Positions 38,170-47,436 of a DNA stretch of 64,000 nucleotides are shown here, piece after piece. Under the pieces are notes generated by a model. That model was not told where the DNA came from, ran no database searches, and saw only the letters and a list, made by a program, of their open reading frames with translations. Position 1 is the first letter of the stretch, and every line of letters begins with the position of its first letter. This DNA comes from Planctomycetota bacterium (lineage in GTDB: Bacteria; Planctomycetota; SZUA-567; H5-PLA8): contig BTVV01000006.1 of assembly GCA_045863855.1 (NCBI GenBank), forward strand, positions 9,216 through 73,215. The letters are read 5' to 3'. The position numbers and the translations under genes were made by a program.

Positions 38170-41100
38170 CTACTTCTCGTCTTCTTCCGCATCTTCGGAG
38201 AGCGCGCGGTAATACTGATCGACGAGCGTGCGGTATTCCTTCGGCGCCTGCTCGTCCTCTTCGGCGCGGATCTCGCGCGCTTTCAGCAAGCGCTCCACCC
38301 GGCCGTGCAGACCGCTACTGACTTGATCGAGCGCCTTCTTGGCGCGCTTGAGCGGCTCGCCGCCGCGTTCGGTTTCGGGCGTTTCTTGCGGCGGCCCGGG
38401 TTGCTTCGAAGCTTGCGCTTGCGCCTGCTGCAGTTCCTTCATCGCCTGCTGAAGCTGGCCCAACTCCGGTGCGCCGGGCTCCAGCCGCTCCAGTTTCGGT
38501 TCGAGCTTCTTCAGATCTTGCTCCAGCTTCTGTGCGGCTTCTTTGGCTTCCTTGGGCTGACCGGGTTCTTGGCCGGGCTCCGACTGCGGCTGGCCTTCCT
38601 TCGGATCCTGCGCCAGCTTCTTGGCCTGTTCGGCCGCTTGGCGCGCTTCCTGCTCCAGCGCCTGGAGCTTGGAAAGCGCATCGCCCGTCGCCTCGGCCTG
38701 GAACTGTTCGAGCTTCTGCTCGATCTTTTTCACCTTCTCGGCCAACTCCTGGCCCTGTTTGCCGGCTTGTTCCGGAGTCGGCGTGGGGCGGTCCTGGCGT
38801 TCGGCGGCCTTCTTGGGATCGCCGATCTGCTCCATCCCTTGCGCCAGCGCTTCCATGTTCTGCGGGAGTTTCTCTTCGGCCGAGACGTCCTTGGCTTCCT
38901 GCGCCACCTGTGCGGCCGCGGGATTGGCTTCGCGCGCCAGCGCTTCCAAACCTTCGAGTTCCTTTTCGAGCCGCTTGGCGAGGCGCGCGGCTTGCTGCTG
39001 CTTGGCGGCGGCTTCGTCGCGCTTCTCGGCCGCTTCGCCGGCCAGCGGCTTTTCAGCGGCATCCTTGGGCAATTCGCCCGCCGTCGCGGCGGCTTGTTCC
39101 TGTTGCTCGCGCGTCTGCTTGGCCAGTTCCTGCGCGGCCTTGGCTTTTGCTTCCAGCGACTTCCCGGCGGCGCGTTCCAGCTCGCTCACCGCTCGCTTCA
39201 GCGCTTTCTCGGCATTCTCGGCCGCGGGTTTGGCGTTCTCGGTATCCTGTCCCGCCAGCTTGGCCGCGGCTTCGCGCGCCTGCTCGGCCGCCTGTTGCAA
39301 CTGCTGGCTCGGACGTTCGCCGTTGCCTTGATTCTTCAGCGCTTCCAGATTCTTGGTCTGCTGCGCGAGCGACTCCGCGGCGTCGGCCACCTTCTGTTCT
39401 TGCTCGGCCAATTGGATCGGATCGCGCTTTTCGGCAAGGCCCTGGCCGACCTTTTCCTGCTGCTGAGTCAGTTGTTTCGTCTGCTCCAGCGCTTCGGCCA
39501 GCTTCGCCATGTCCGCGGCCTGCGTCTTATTCAGCGCATCCTGCACCGACCTCGCCATGGCATCCATGGCGCGAGCGGCCTTGCGCTGATCGTGCTCCGC
39601 CTGCTCCGCCGCGCCTTGCTTCAACGCCTGTTCGGCCTTCTCCGCCGATTCGCGGCCCGGCGCGCCCGCGGCGGCCTGTTGCTGCGCTTCCTTTAAGGAC
39701 TCCGCGCCTTGCAGTCCTTCCCGTTTCGCGCGATCCGCCGCCTTTTGAAGCCGATCGGCCAGATCCTTCAAGTCCTGGCCGACTTCACCCTGCTTGCGCG
39801 CCATATGGCTCATCTGGGCCTGTGTCTGCTGCGATTCGCCTTGCGCGCCCGGTTGCTGGCCGGGTTGAGGCTGCTGGCCAGGTTGTGGCTGCTGTCCAGG
39901 TTGCGGTTGCTGTCCAGGCTGTGGTTGCTGACCGGGCTGTGGTTGCTGACCGGGCTGGGGTTGCTGACCGGGCTGGGGCTGTTGTCCTGGTTGAGGTTGC
40001 TGTCCGGGCTGGGGTTGTTCCCCCTGCTTCGGATCCTGCTTCTGCCCCGGCTGCGGCTGAGTGTCGCGCTGCATGTCCTGATTGGCCTGCGCGAGTTGCT
40101 GTTGGCGCTGGGCAAGTTCCTCCGCGTCGCGCTGCAGGTTCGCCATCTCTTTGCGAAGTTGCTGCTCCATCGCGTCGCGCGCAGCCTTCTTGGCTTGCTC
40201 CAGATTGCGTCCGGCCTGTTCGGCGTTCTGCTTGGCGTCCTGAGGCTTATTCTTTTCCAGATCCTTCTGCGCTTGCTCCAGCTTCTGCCCGGCCTCTTGA
40301 AGCTGATCGGCACTAGGCTGCAATTCTGGATTGCGGCGGGCCAGTTCGCGGAACTTTTCTTCGCGCGCCTTGGCTTCGTCGGCCAGCTTCTTGAGCGCGT
40401 CCTGCTGCTTGCGCGTCAGTTCGCGCTGCTCTTTCTCGCGCTTCTTTTCTTCTTCGGTGGGCGGCTGGCCCAGGTTGCGCGGCGGGGGCTGGTCGAGCTG
40501 CATTTTTTCCAGCCGCTCGATCTCGCGTTCGATCTCCTTCTCGCGCTCCAGCATCGGCGGCAGTTCGGCCATCTCTTCGCGCGCCTGCTGCTGGTCCTGC
40601 TGCTCCTGGCTCTGCTTTTTCTTGCGGTTCTTGCGCGACTGCTGGTTCATCGCAGACTTGAAGCGCGGGTCGCCTTCCTTGTCGGAAAGCAGCAACCGGC
40701 GCGTCTCGGAAAGATGGCGTAACGACTCCATCTCCGGCGGCACGGCCGGTTCGGGGCGGTTTCCGGTCAGTTCGTTCCCGGCCTCGGTCATCTTTTCCGA
40801 GGCCTGCTCCATATGCTTCAGTTCCTTCTCGCCGATCGGATTCGGCTGCGGCTGCGGGCCGGGCGGATGGCCGTCTGTGGCGCGCGGTTCTTCCTCGGCC
40901 GGCGCTTCGGCTTTGGCCAGTTCTTCTTTGATCGTGGCGGTCAGTTCGTCGAGCTTCTGCTTCAAGTCCAATTGCGCCTGAGCCGTCTTCAGTGCATCCT
41001 TCTTTTCCTGCTCGGCGCGCTTCTGGGCCGCTTCGGGATCGGGCTGCTTCGCGCCGGGCTCATCCAGCGTATTGCGCAGCCGCGCCATCGCGAACGTCTC

Positions 41101-42774
41101 TTTCAGCAGCTTCTTCTGCACTTCGATCAGCTTATCGAGCTGCCGCACCGACTCCGGCGTGGGCTGGTTTTGCGGCATGTCGGGGTTTTGCGGCGCGTCG
41201 TATTCTTCTTCGTCGTACACGGTCAGGAAATGAATATCGCTCTTGGCCACCTTAGGGCCGTTCAGCGTATCGTTGTCCAGCGCATAGGCGTAATAGGCGA
41301 GCACCTCGCCGCCCTTCAGCCCAAGGCTGCCCATGTCCCACTTGAGCTTCCCCTCGGCCAGCGTCGGAGCCGGTTCGAAGCGCCGCACCATCTTCTTCTC
41401 TTCTTCCATGCCCAAGCTGTGGTAAATGCCCAGTTCGAGCAACCCCACGTCGTCGGTCCCTTCGATCTCCAGCTCGATGGTCTGCTCGCGGTGGATCATC
41501 AGGTCGCGCGCGGGCTTCTTGATCTTCACGCGCGGCTTCTGGTCTTCGAGCGCCTGGATGCGGTAGCTCGCGGCGCTGCGGTTCGAGCGACCTTTCGGAT
41601 CCTCGACGCGGAGCTGGTAACGGTCGTCGCCGGTGACGGTGAAACTCAATTCGCCCTTGCGGCCCTCGATCTTCGCGAATTCCGCGCTGCGCCCCGATTC
41701 GAAGGTGGCTTCCGCGCCGGCCAAATGCGTATTCGCTTCGATCCGCACCGTCACCTGCGTGCCTTTTAAGGCACGCACTTCGCCCATGCCCGCGGGCAGG
41801 ACTTCGGGCGCCTTGCCGGTGTACGCGGGGTATTCGAGTTTCACGTCGAACTCGTCGATCTGCGGTTCCTGGTACACGTTCAGCGTGAACGGTTCGCTTT
41901 CGGCGTCGCCCGCCTTCACCATGCAGGTGACCGGTTCCAGCAGGCGGCGCAGCGTCACGTGGTACGCGCCGTCCTCGCCGCGTTCCATCAGGCGATGCTC
42001 CCACGGCGCTTCCGGATCGTCGCCCGTGCGCACCAGCAGCGTCGCTTCGTCGGGCCGGCGTCCCGATACTTCGACCGTGACCGGGACGCTCGTCTCGACG
42101 GGGAACTCCCCGCCGGCCGGTTCGATGCGTTCGATCAGCGTCAACGTCGGAGCGGGCACCGCGGCGGTGGGCATCAGAAAACGCTGGAATGTGGCGCTGA
42201 AGAGGCGCGGGTTGATCGCTCCGTAAAGCCCTACGCCCGCGGCCACGACGAAAGCGGCCAGCAACGCCCAGCCGGCCGCCCGCCAGCGGACCGTGCGCCG
42301 GAAATCCAGCGGTTCGGCGCGGCGCTGCGCTTGTTCCAGCAGCGCGCCGACCAGCGCGGGACTTGAGGTGGCTTCCGCGAGCTTCGCGTCACGCCCGAAC
42401 TCCAGCGCCGTCGAAAGCTGCGCTTCCAGTTCGGGGTAAGCGCCTTCCACTTCCCGCGCCACATGAACCGTGCCGCCCAGCTTTTTCCAGGGACGCACCA
42501 CCACCCACGCCAGCACCGCGCCCACGCCGCCCAGCGTCAGCGCCAGCCAGAAGAGCCGCGAACCCACAGAGAGCTTGAAGAGGACGTCGATCAGACTGAA
42601 GCCGAGGAACGCCGCCGCAAAGACCGCCAAGCCCAGCAAGGCGCCGGTCGCCAGGAACTTCATGCGATGACGCCGCCGCACGCCCTCCACGCGCCCCTCG
42701 ATTTGCGCCCACGCATCCCGTGCGCGACCGGTGAGCTGCGGTTTGACGGGTGGCGGTTGAGTGGTCGTCGACAT
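38170..42774 (-). CDS. Giant membrane-anchored protein (1534 aa): N-terminal 2-TM anchor, beta-rich region (~aa 200-520), then ~900 aa of E/K/A/Q-rich predicted coiled coil including (QPQPGQ)9, and a C-terminal conserved-looking tail (KEYRTLVDQYYRALSED)
   Basis: ATG 42774 is preceded by AAGGAG at 7-nt spacing. Both TM helices are evident. The gene is co-oriented with and 125 bp downstream of a BatA_N+vWA gene, and may correspond to the uncharacterised large TM proteins found next to Bat/MoxR-type genes in PVC bacteria. Confidence 0.7.
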   Translation of the reverse strand: MSTTTQPPPVKPQLTGRARDAWAQIEGRVEGVRRRHRMKFLATGALLGLAVFAAAFLGFSLIDVLFKLSVGSRLFWLALTLGGVGAVLAWVVVRPWKKLGGTVHVAREVEGAYPELEAQLSTALEFGRDAKLAEATSSPALVGALLEQAQRRAEPLDFRRTVRWRAAGWALLAAFVVAAGVGLYGAINPRLFSATFQRFLMPTAAVPAPTLTLIERIEPAGGEFPVETSVPVTVEVSGRRPDEATLLVRTGDDPEAPWEHRLMERGEDGAYHVTLRRLLEPVTCMVKAGDAESEPFTLNVYQEPQIDEFDVKLEYPAYTGKAPEVLPAGMGEVRALKGTQVTVRIEANTHLAGAEATFESGRSAEFAKIEGRKGELSFTVTGDDRYQLRVEDPKGRSNRSAASYRIQALEDQKPRVKIKKPARDLMIHREQTIELEIEGTDDVGLLELGIYHSLGMEEEKKMVRRFEPAPTLAEGKLKWDMGSLGLKGGEVLAYYAYALDNDTLNGPKVAKSDIHFLTVYDEEEYDAPQNPDMPQNQPTPESVRQLDKLIEVQKKLLKETFAMARLRNTLDEPGAKQPDPEAAQKRAEQEKKDALKTAQAQLDLKQKLDELTATIKEELAKAEAPAEEEPRATDGHPPGPQPQPNPIGEKELKHMEQASEKMTEAGNELTGNRPEPAVPPEMESLRHLSETRRLLLSDKEGDPRFKSAMNQQSRKNRKKKQSQEQQDQQQAREEMAELPPMLEREKEIEREIERLEKMQLDQPPPRNLGQPPTEEEKKREKEQRELTRKQQDALKKLADEAKAREEKFRELARRNPELQPSADQLQEAGQKLEQAQKDLEKNKPQDAKQNAEQAGRNLEQAKKAARDAMEQQLRKEMANLQRDAEELAQRQQQLAQANQDMQRDTQPQPGQKQDPKQGEQPQPGQQPQPGQQPQPGQQPQPGQQPQPGQQPQPGQQPQPGQQPQPGQQPQPGQQPGAQGESQQTQAQMSHMARKQGEVGQDLKDLADRLQKAADRAKREGLQGAESLKEAQQQAAAGAPGRESAEKAEQALKQGAAEQAEHDQRKAARAMDAMARSVQDALNKTQAADMAKLAEALEQTKQLTQQQEKVGQGLAEKRDPIQLAEQEQKVADAAESLAQQTKNLEALKNQGNGERPSQQLQQAAEQAREAAAKLAGQDTENAKPAAENAEKALKRAVSELERAAGKSLEAKAKAAQELAKQTREQQEQAAATAGELPKDAAEKPLAGEAAEKRDEAAAKQQQAARLAKRLEKELEGLEALAREANPAAAQVAQEAKDVSAEEKLPQNMEALAQGMEQIGDPKKAAERQDRPTPTPEQAGKQGQELAEKVKKIEQKLEQFQAEATGDALSKLQALEQEARQAAEQAKKLAQDPKEGQPQSEPGQEPGQPKEAKEAAQKLEQDLKKLEPKLERLEPGAPELGQLQQAMKELQQAQAQASKQPGPPQETPETERGGEPLKRAKKALDQVSSGLHGRVERLLKAREIRAEEDEQAPKEYRTLVDQYYRALSEDAEEDEK
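39848..40017. repeat. About 9.5 copies of a near-perfect 18-bp tandem repeat inside the giant gene, encoding (QPQPGQ)n
   Basis: Units (c[ac]gg[ct]tg[tgac]ggttgctg[ta]c) are directly visible at 39848-40017. The translated track shows QPQPGQ x9. Confidence 0.85.
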
Positions 42775-42899
42775 GCCGTTACTCCTTCGCGGGCATCGGT
42801 CTTAGGCACCGCAGAGAACGCTGAGCGCGCAGAGATTCTCGAGGGCTCATGCGCCAAGGTACCTCAGCGCGTTCCGCGTTCGCGGCGGTGAACTCAAGC

Positions 42900-45098
42900 T
42901 TAGTCTCCCCAGAAGTCACGCAACGCTACTTCCAACAGCAGGCAGGCCAGCGCGGCCACCAGCAAGTAGCGCCAATCGGGTGCTTGAGCTTTCAGTTCCT
43001 CGTCGGCCTGGAGGGCCAGCTTCGGGCCCTCATCCGGATCTTCTTCCTTAAGGTTGGACGCATAAAGGGCTTGTATGGCGGCTAAATCCTCGGCTTTCAG
43101 TTCACTTTCCGCCGGGTCCAGATTGACCGCCCACTGCGCTTGTTCAGCCAATTGCCCGGGCTGATAGGTGGCCGTGTAAAGACCTACCGTGTCTGTAGTT
43201 AGATGGTCGGATCCGGTCAAATCCAGGGTGTCGTTGTGCGGCGCGGGACGGGCCAGGCGAACGGTCGTCTGCGGTTGGAGGGCCAAGCCCGCCAAAGTCA
43301 GGTCTTCGCCCACCGTCAGTTGCCGCTGCGCCCCTTGCTCGATTCCAGACAGATGCTTTACGATCTGGTGCATCAGCGGGACGAAAACGGTCCGCTTGGG
43401 CAGGTCGGTATCCTTCTCCGGACGCGGCAGGAAGCTGAACATCAGCACGCGCCCCAAGCCGAAGGGGCGTTCGACGGTCATGGGACTCCCGTCGCTGAAC
43501 GTCGCCAGCACCTGCCCCGGTGGGCGCTCGCCGGCCGACAAGTCCTTCGGGTCGGGCTTGAAGTGACGCAGGAACTTGGGCCGCCGCAGTTCCTGCTCGA
43601 TTTCGCCCTTAAACGGTGCAAAGAGCGGGTGGTCCACCGCGAACGTATCCAGCGAACTGAAGCGCGCTTCTACCAGATTGCCTTCGAAGCGTTCTCCCGG
43701 CCGCGCGGGCAGCAGCCCCTTACCTTCTTTCCAAAACGGTCCGTTGTAGAAGCCCGTGGCCAGCGTGCCGTCGCTGCGGCCCAGGAAGAGCACCAGATTC
43801 AGCCCGGCTTGAACCGCTTGCTCCAAGGTGGCCAGCGTTGCGGCCGGCAATTCGGTGACGCCGACCAGGAAGAGCACGTCGGCGCCTTTCAGCACGGCCG
43901 GAGTCAGATCCCGCGCGGCGACGGTATCGACGCGTACGGCTCCGGGGGGAACCTCCTTGGGCGCTTCGCCTCCGCGCGGGCGCGGATCCAGCGCCATGCG
44001 CACGTAGTACGACTCGTCGAGCCACGCGCCGGATTCGCGCAACCGGTCTTCGGCGATCACCGCCCGGATACTGTCGCGCAGATGCAGTGCGAAGAAACGC
44101 CGGTCGTCGTCGGGCAGCACGTCGCGCCCGTCGATCTCCACCCGCCCGTGCACCGGGCCTGCTTTGGGGAATAGCGCGGTGAGTTCGATGTCGCGCGCAT
44201 CCCGCGGACCCAGCCCCACAGTCCGCTGCGCGAGAATCTTGTCGCCGCTCAACAGCCGCACTGCCAACGCCGAGGCTTCTCCGTCGCCGTGGTTGCTGAG
44301 GCGCACGGCGAACCGGACCGGCCGGCCCTCCAACCATACGTCGCTCTTGGCCCGTACTTCGTCGAGGCTCAAGTTGTTCAGTTTGCCTGGGACTTTGCCG
44401 TCCGCGTGCGGCGGCCGGATCTCGATCTGGACCGGACGCGGCATGGTGACCGCGCGCTGGCCGGTTTCGGCCAGCGCCGTACGGTCCATCTGATTGAGCT
44501 GCAAGTCGCTGATCAGAAGCACCCGCCGCCGCGGCGCGGCGCTGTCGGCGAGCAAATCGAGCGCCGTCTGCAGCGCTTGAGCCGGATCGCCGCGCACGAA
44601 ACCGGGACGCGTGCGTTTGGCCAGCGCTTCCTTGGTGGCCTCGAAATTTCGCGCCAGTTCCACCTCCGGCCGTCCCGGATCGCCCGTCAGTACAAGCCCC
44701 AAGCGTTCCAGGTTCTTCGCGGATGCCGCGACCAGCGCCTGATCGACCGCCATCTGCCAGCGCGTGGTCGAACCGTCCTGCGCGGCCATGCTGGGCGAGT
44801 CGTCCAGCACCAGCACCAAGTCCTCGCGCAATTCGCCTGAAGGACCGGCCAGCACGGCGCCCGCCCGGTACGGCCTCGCAAAGGCCAGTGCGATCAGGAT
44901 GCAGGCCGCGCAGCGCAACAGCAGCAGCAGCAAATCGCGCAGCCGCAAGCGGCGCGTCTCGCGCAGGACCGATTCGCGCAAGAAGCGCAGCGACGAGAAG
45001 ACCAGCGTGCGCTTGCGAAGCTTGAAGATGAGGTGAATCACCACCGGGAGGGCGAAGGTGGCGGTGCCGGCTAGGAAGAGCGCGTTCAAGAAGCCCAT
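42900..45098 (-). CDS. BatA-like protein: aerotolerance-regulator N-terminal double-TM domain (BatA_N) plus von Willebrand factor A domain and a long C-terminal extension
   Basis: N-terminus FLNALFLAGTATFALPVVIHLIFKLRKRTLVFSSLRFL (BatA_N pattern), vWA MIDAS VLVLDDSPSM, and a C-terminal TM. Confidence 0.75.
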   Translation of the reverse strand: MGFLNALFLAGTATFALPVVIHLIFKLRKRTLVFSSLRFLRESVLRETRRLRLRDLLLLLLRCAACILIALAFARPYRAGAVLAGPSGELREDLVLVLDDSPSMAAQDGSTTRWQMAVDQALVAASAKNLERLGLVLTGDPGRPEVELARNFEATKEALAKRTRPGFVRGDPAQALQTALDLLADSAAPRRRVLLISDLQLNQMDRTALAETGQRAVTMPRPVQIEIRPPHADGKVPGKLNNLSLDEVRAKSDVWLEGRPVRFAVRLSNHGDGEASALAVRLLSGDKILAQRTVGLGPRDARDIELTALFPKAGPVHGRVEIDGRDVLPDDDRRFFALHLRDSIRAVIAEDRLRESGAWLDESYYVRMALDPRPRGGEAPKEVPPGAVRVDTVAARDLTPAVLKGADVLFLVGVTELPAATLATLEQAVQAGLNLVLFLGRSDGTLATGFYNGPFWKEGKGLLPARPGERFEGNLVEARFSSLDTFAVDHPLFAPFKGEIEQELRRPKFLRHFKPDPKDLSAGERPPGQVLATFSDGSPMTVERPFGLGRVLMFSFLPRPEKDTDLPKRTVFVPLMHQIVKHLSGIEQGAQRQLTVGEDLTLAGLALQPQTTVRLARPAPHNDTLDLTGSDHLTTDTVGLYTATYQPGQLAEQAQWAVNLDPAESELKAEDLAAIQALYASNLKEEDPDEGPKLALQADEELKAQAPDWRYLLVAALACLLLEVALRDFWGD

Positions 45099-45201
45099 GC
45101 GAGCTTTAGTCTAGCGGAGCCCGCGCGGGGCGAAAGGCCAAGCCAGGGAAGAAGCAGACCTGGGTATACTTCCAGGAACGGGGGATGCAGGCTGGCTTAC
45201 G

Positions 45202-45627
45202 CTACGCGTCGCGGTCTTCGAGCGGCATCGCCTGCGGCTCGATGTTGCCGATATCGCGCCCTTCGGCGGCGGCCTTCTTCTTCTCGTTCCAGCGCTTGAC
45301 CCAGTTCTCCCAGCTCCGCCCGGCCGCCGGATCGACGCCTGTGAAGGCGACGCCCGCGATCTGCTTGTAGGGAATGGTCTGCTGATCGTCCTGGCCGCGC
45401 GGAATGAACTCGATATAGGGCTCCGGGGCGCCCGCTTCCCGATTGAACACAAATCCCACGCGCTCCTCGCCGCCCACGAGGATCAGCGTCACGTCGCCGC
45501 GGTAGTCGAAGGCTTCTTCGAGCACCAGGCGCTTATCGGCCTCGGTCTCGATCTTCGGCGTCCACTTTTCGAGCGTCTTGCGGCTCTTGATCTCTTCGTG
45601 GATCGTGCTGTGCTTTTCCTGCGGCAT
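45202..45627 (-). CDS. Hypothetical protein (141 aa) immediately downstream of hpnH
   Basis: An ORF co-oriented with hpnH and 80 bp downstream of it; it has a charged N-terminus. No recognisable motif. Confidence 0.4.
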   Translation of the reverse strand: MPQEKHSTIHEEIKSRKTLEKWTPKIETEADKRLVLEEAFDYRGDVTLILVGGEERVGFVFNREAGAPEPYIEFIPRGQDDQQTIPYKQIAGVAFTGVDPAAGRSWENWVKRWNEKKKAAAEGRDIGNIEPQAMPLEDRDA

Positions 45628-45707
45628 GGCGGACTCCTTGGCGCATCAACAACAAGAAGGGGCGCTCAATGGCGCCCCGGCTCTTGTGCGTATTCTCGAT
45701 TCACGGC

Positions 45708-46829
45708 TCAGTCCGCGGCGGCGGCGCTGATCGGTTCCGGCTGTTCGAGCTTGCGTGGCTTGTTGGGCCGGTTCGCCGGCACGTGCATCGGCTTCTCGTA
45801 CGTCCCGACACTCTTGCCCGATAGCACGAACCATGCCGTGCGCGCAAAGCCGCGCAGGCTGCCGAAGGTGTAATCCACGCTGGTCGGTTCGTAGCCGCAG
45901 TGAACCATGCAGTCCTTGCACTTCTCGTTTCCGCTGCGCCGCCCGTAAGCGTCCCAGTCGGTCGTCTCCATCAGCTCCTTGAAGGTCTTGGTGTAGCCTT
46001 CCTGAAGCAAATAGCAGGGCTTCTGCCAGCCGAACATGTTGTACGTCACGTTGCCCCAAGGCGTGCACTCAAGGTCGATGTAGCCCATCAGGAAGTCCAG
46101 GAAGAGCGGCGACTGGTTGAAGACCCAGGAACGCTTCTTGTTCTGGAACATCTTACGGAACATCTCGTTGCTCTTCTGGCGCTTGAGGAAATGTTCCTGG
46201 TCGGGCGCCTTCTGGTAGCTGTAGCCGGGCGAGACCATCATGCCCTCGACGCCCAGTTCCATCATCTCGTCGAAGAAGCGGCGGTACTTCTCGGGTTCGG
46301 CGCCGTCGAAGAGCGTCGTGTTCGTCGTCACGCGGAAGCCGCGCTTGATCGCCTCGCGAATCGCTTCCGTGGCCTTCGCGTAGGTGCCTTCGCGGCAGAC
46401 CGCGAAGTCGTGCTCGTCGCGCGCGCCGTCCATATGAATGCTGAACGTGAGGTACTTGCTCGGCGTAAAGACGCCCTGCTCGAGCCGCTCTTTCAGCAGG
46501 ATCGCGTTGGTGCAGAGGTAGATGTACTTCTTGCGCTCGACCAGCCCCTTCACGATCTCGCCGATCTGCGAATGCATCAACGGCTCGCCGCCGGGGATGC
46601 TGACCATCGGCGTGTCGCACTCGTCGACGGCTTTGAAGCATTGCTCGGGCGAGAGTTCCTTGCGCAGAATGTGGCCGGGATACTGGATCTTCCCGCAGCC
46701 CGCGCAAGCCAGATTGCACCGGAACAACGGCTCCAGCATCAGCACCAACGGGTAGCGCTTGATGCCTTTAAGCTTCTGCTTGATGACGTAAGACGCCACC
46801 GTAGCCATCTGCGAAACAGGAACGCCCAT
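45708..46829 (-). CDS. hpnH: Hopanoid-biosynthesis-associated radical SAM protein HpnH (adenosylhopane synthase)
   Basis: N-terminal YPLVLMLEPLFRCNLACAGCGKI (CxxxCxxC radical-SAM cluster in the HpnH-typical context), ~373 aa. Confidence 0.78.
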   Translation of the reverse strand: MGVPVSQMATVASYVIKQKLKGIKRYPLVLMLEPLFRCNLACAGCGKIQYPGHILRKELSPEQCFKAVDECDTPMVSIPGGEPLMHSQIGEIVKGLVERKKYIYLCTNAILLKERLEQGVFTPSKYLTFSIHMDGARDEHDFAVCREGTYAKATEAIREAIKRGFRVTTNTTLFDGAEPEKYRRFFDEMMELGVEGMMVSPGYSYQKAPDQEHFLKRQKSNEMFRKMFQNKKRSWVFNQSPLFLDFLMGYIDLECTPWGNVTYNMFGWQKPCYLLQEGYTKTFKELMETTDWDAYGRRSGNEKCKDCMVHCGYEPTSVDYTFGSLRGFARTAWFVLSGKSVGTYEKPMHVPANRPNKPRKLEQPEPISAAAAD

Positions 46830-47005
46830 GGAGCGAAATCTCCCCGGACCTGCACCAGTGCGGTTTAGTGACCCAAGCTAGGTTTGTTAAGCTAACCGGA
46901 CTGAGTCGGAGTTCAACCCTGTACCCCACCATTCCACGTTGTGCATCTAAAGCCTTTGAAAAAGTGAATTTAACCCTTGCGCCTGATGATACCCAAAGCT
47001 ATCAT

Positions 47006-47021
47006 TTAACCATATGGTTAA
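47006..47021. promoter_or_regulatory. 16-bp perfect palindrome TTAACCATATGGTTAA overlapping the arsR-family start codon; candidate autoregulatory operator
   Basis: Perfect dyad in an AT-rich divergent intergenic region between hpnH and the ArsR gene. ArsR/SmtB repressors bind dyads at their own promoters. Confidence 0.4.
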
Positions 47022-47436
47022 TAATTCAGAACTCGTTTTGGATGCAACCTTTGCGGCGCTCGCCGATCCCACCCGTCGAGCCATTTTGACTCGCTTGGCA
47101 GAAGGGGAGACGTCCGTCGGCGAACTGGCCGCGCCGTTTGAAATCAGCTTACCGGCGATCAGCAAGCACCTTCGGGTGCTCGAGCGGGCCGGACTTCTGA
47201 AGCAGGAAAAGGACGGCCGGCTGCGGCGTTGCAAGCTGGAAGCTCAGCCCCTGCGGGATGCACAGGTCTGGATCGAGCGCTACCGGATGTTCTGGGAAGG
47301 GCAGTTGGACCAACTGGCCGCTTATCTGGCCAAGCAAGCGGAAGCGCTGCCAACGCAGCAACCTCTAGCGGAGCGAACCCCCGATGGAACTGCTCAAGCC
47401 GGACCGTCAGACCCTGATTCTGCGCCGAACCATTAA
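47014..47436 (+). CDS. ArsR/SmtB-family transcriptional regulator
   Basis: ALADPTRRAILTRLAEGETSVGELAAPFEISLPAISKHLRVLERAGLL is the canonical ArsR HTH. Confidence 0.85.
   Translation: MVNNSELVLDATFAALADPTRRAILTRLAEGETSVGELAAPFEISLPAISKHLRVLERAGLLKQEKDGRLRRCKLEAQPLRDAQVWIERYRMFWEGQLDQLAAYLAKQAEALPTQQPLAERTPDGTAQAGPSDPDSAPNH

Noticed and set aside
39848-40017. Possibility that the 18-bp tandem array is a CRISPR array or a mobile-element repeat
   Set aside because: The units are contiguous with no spacers, lie in-frame within a long coding region, and translate to a regular QPQPGQ motif. No cas genes or transposase are nearby.
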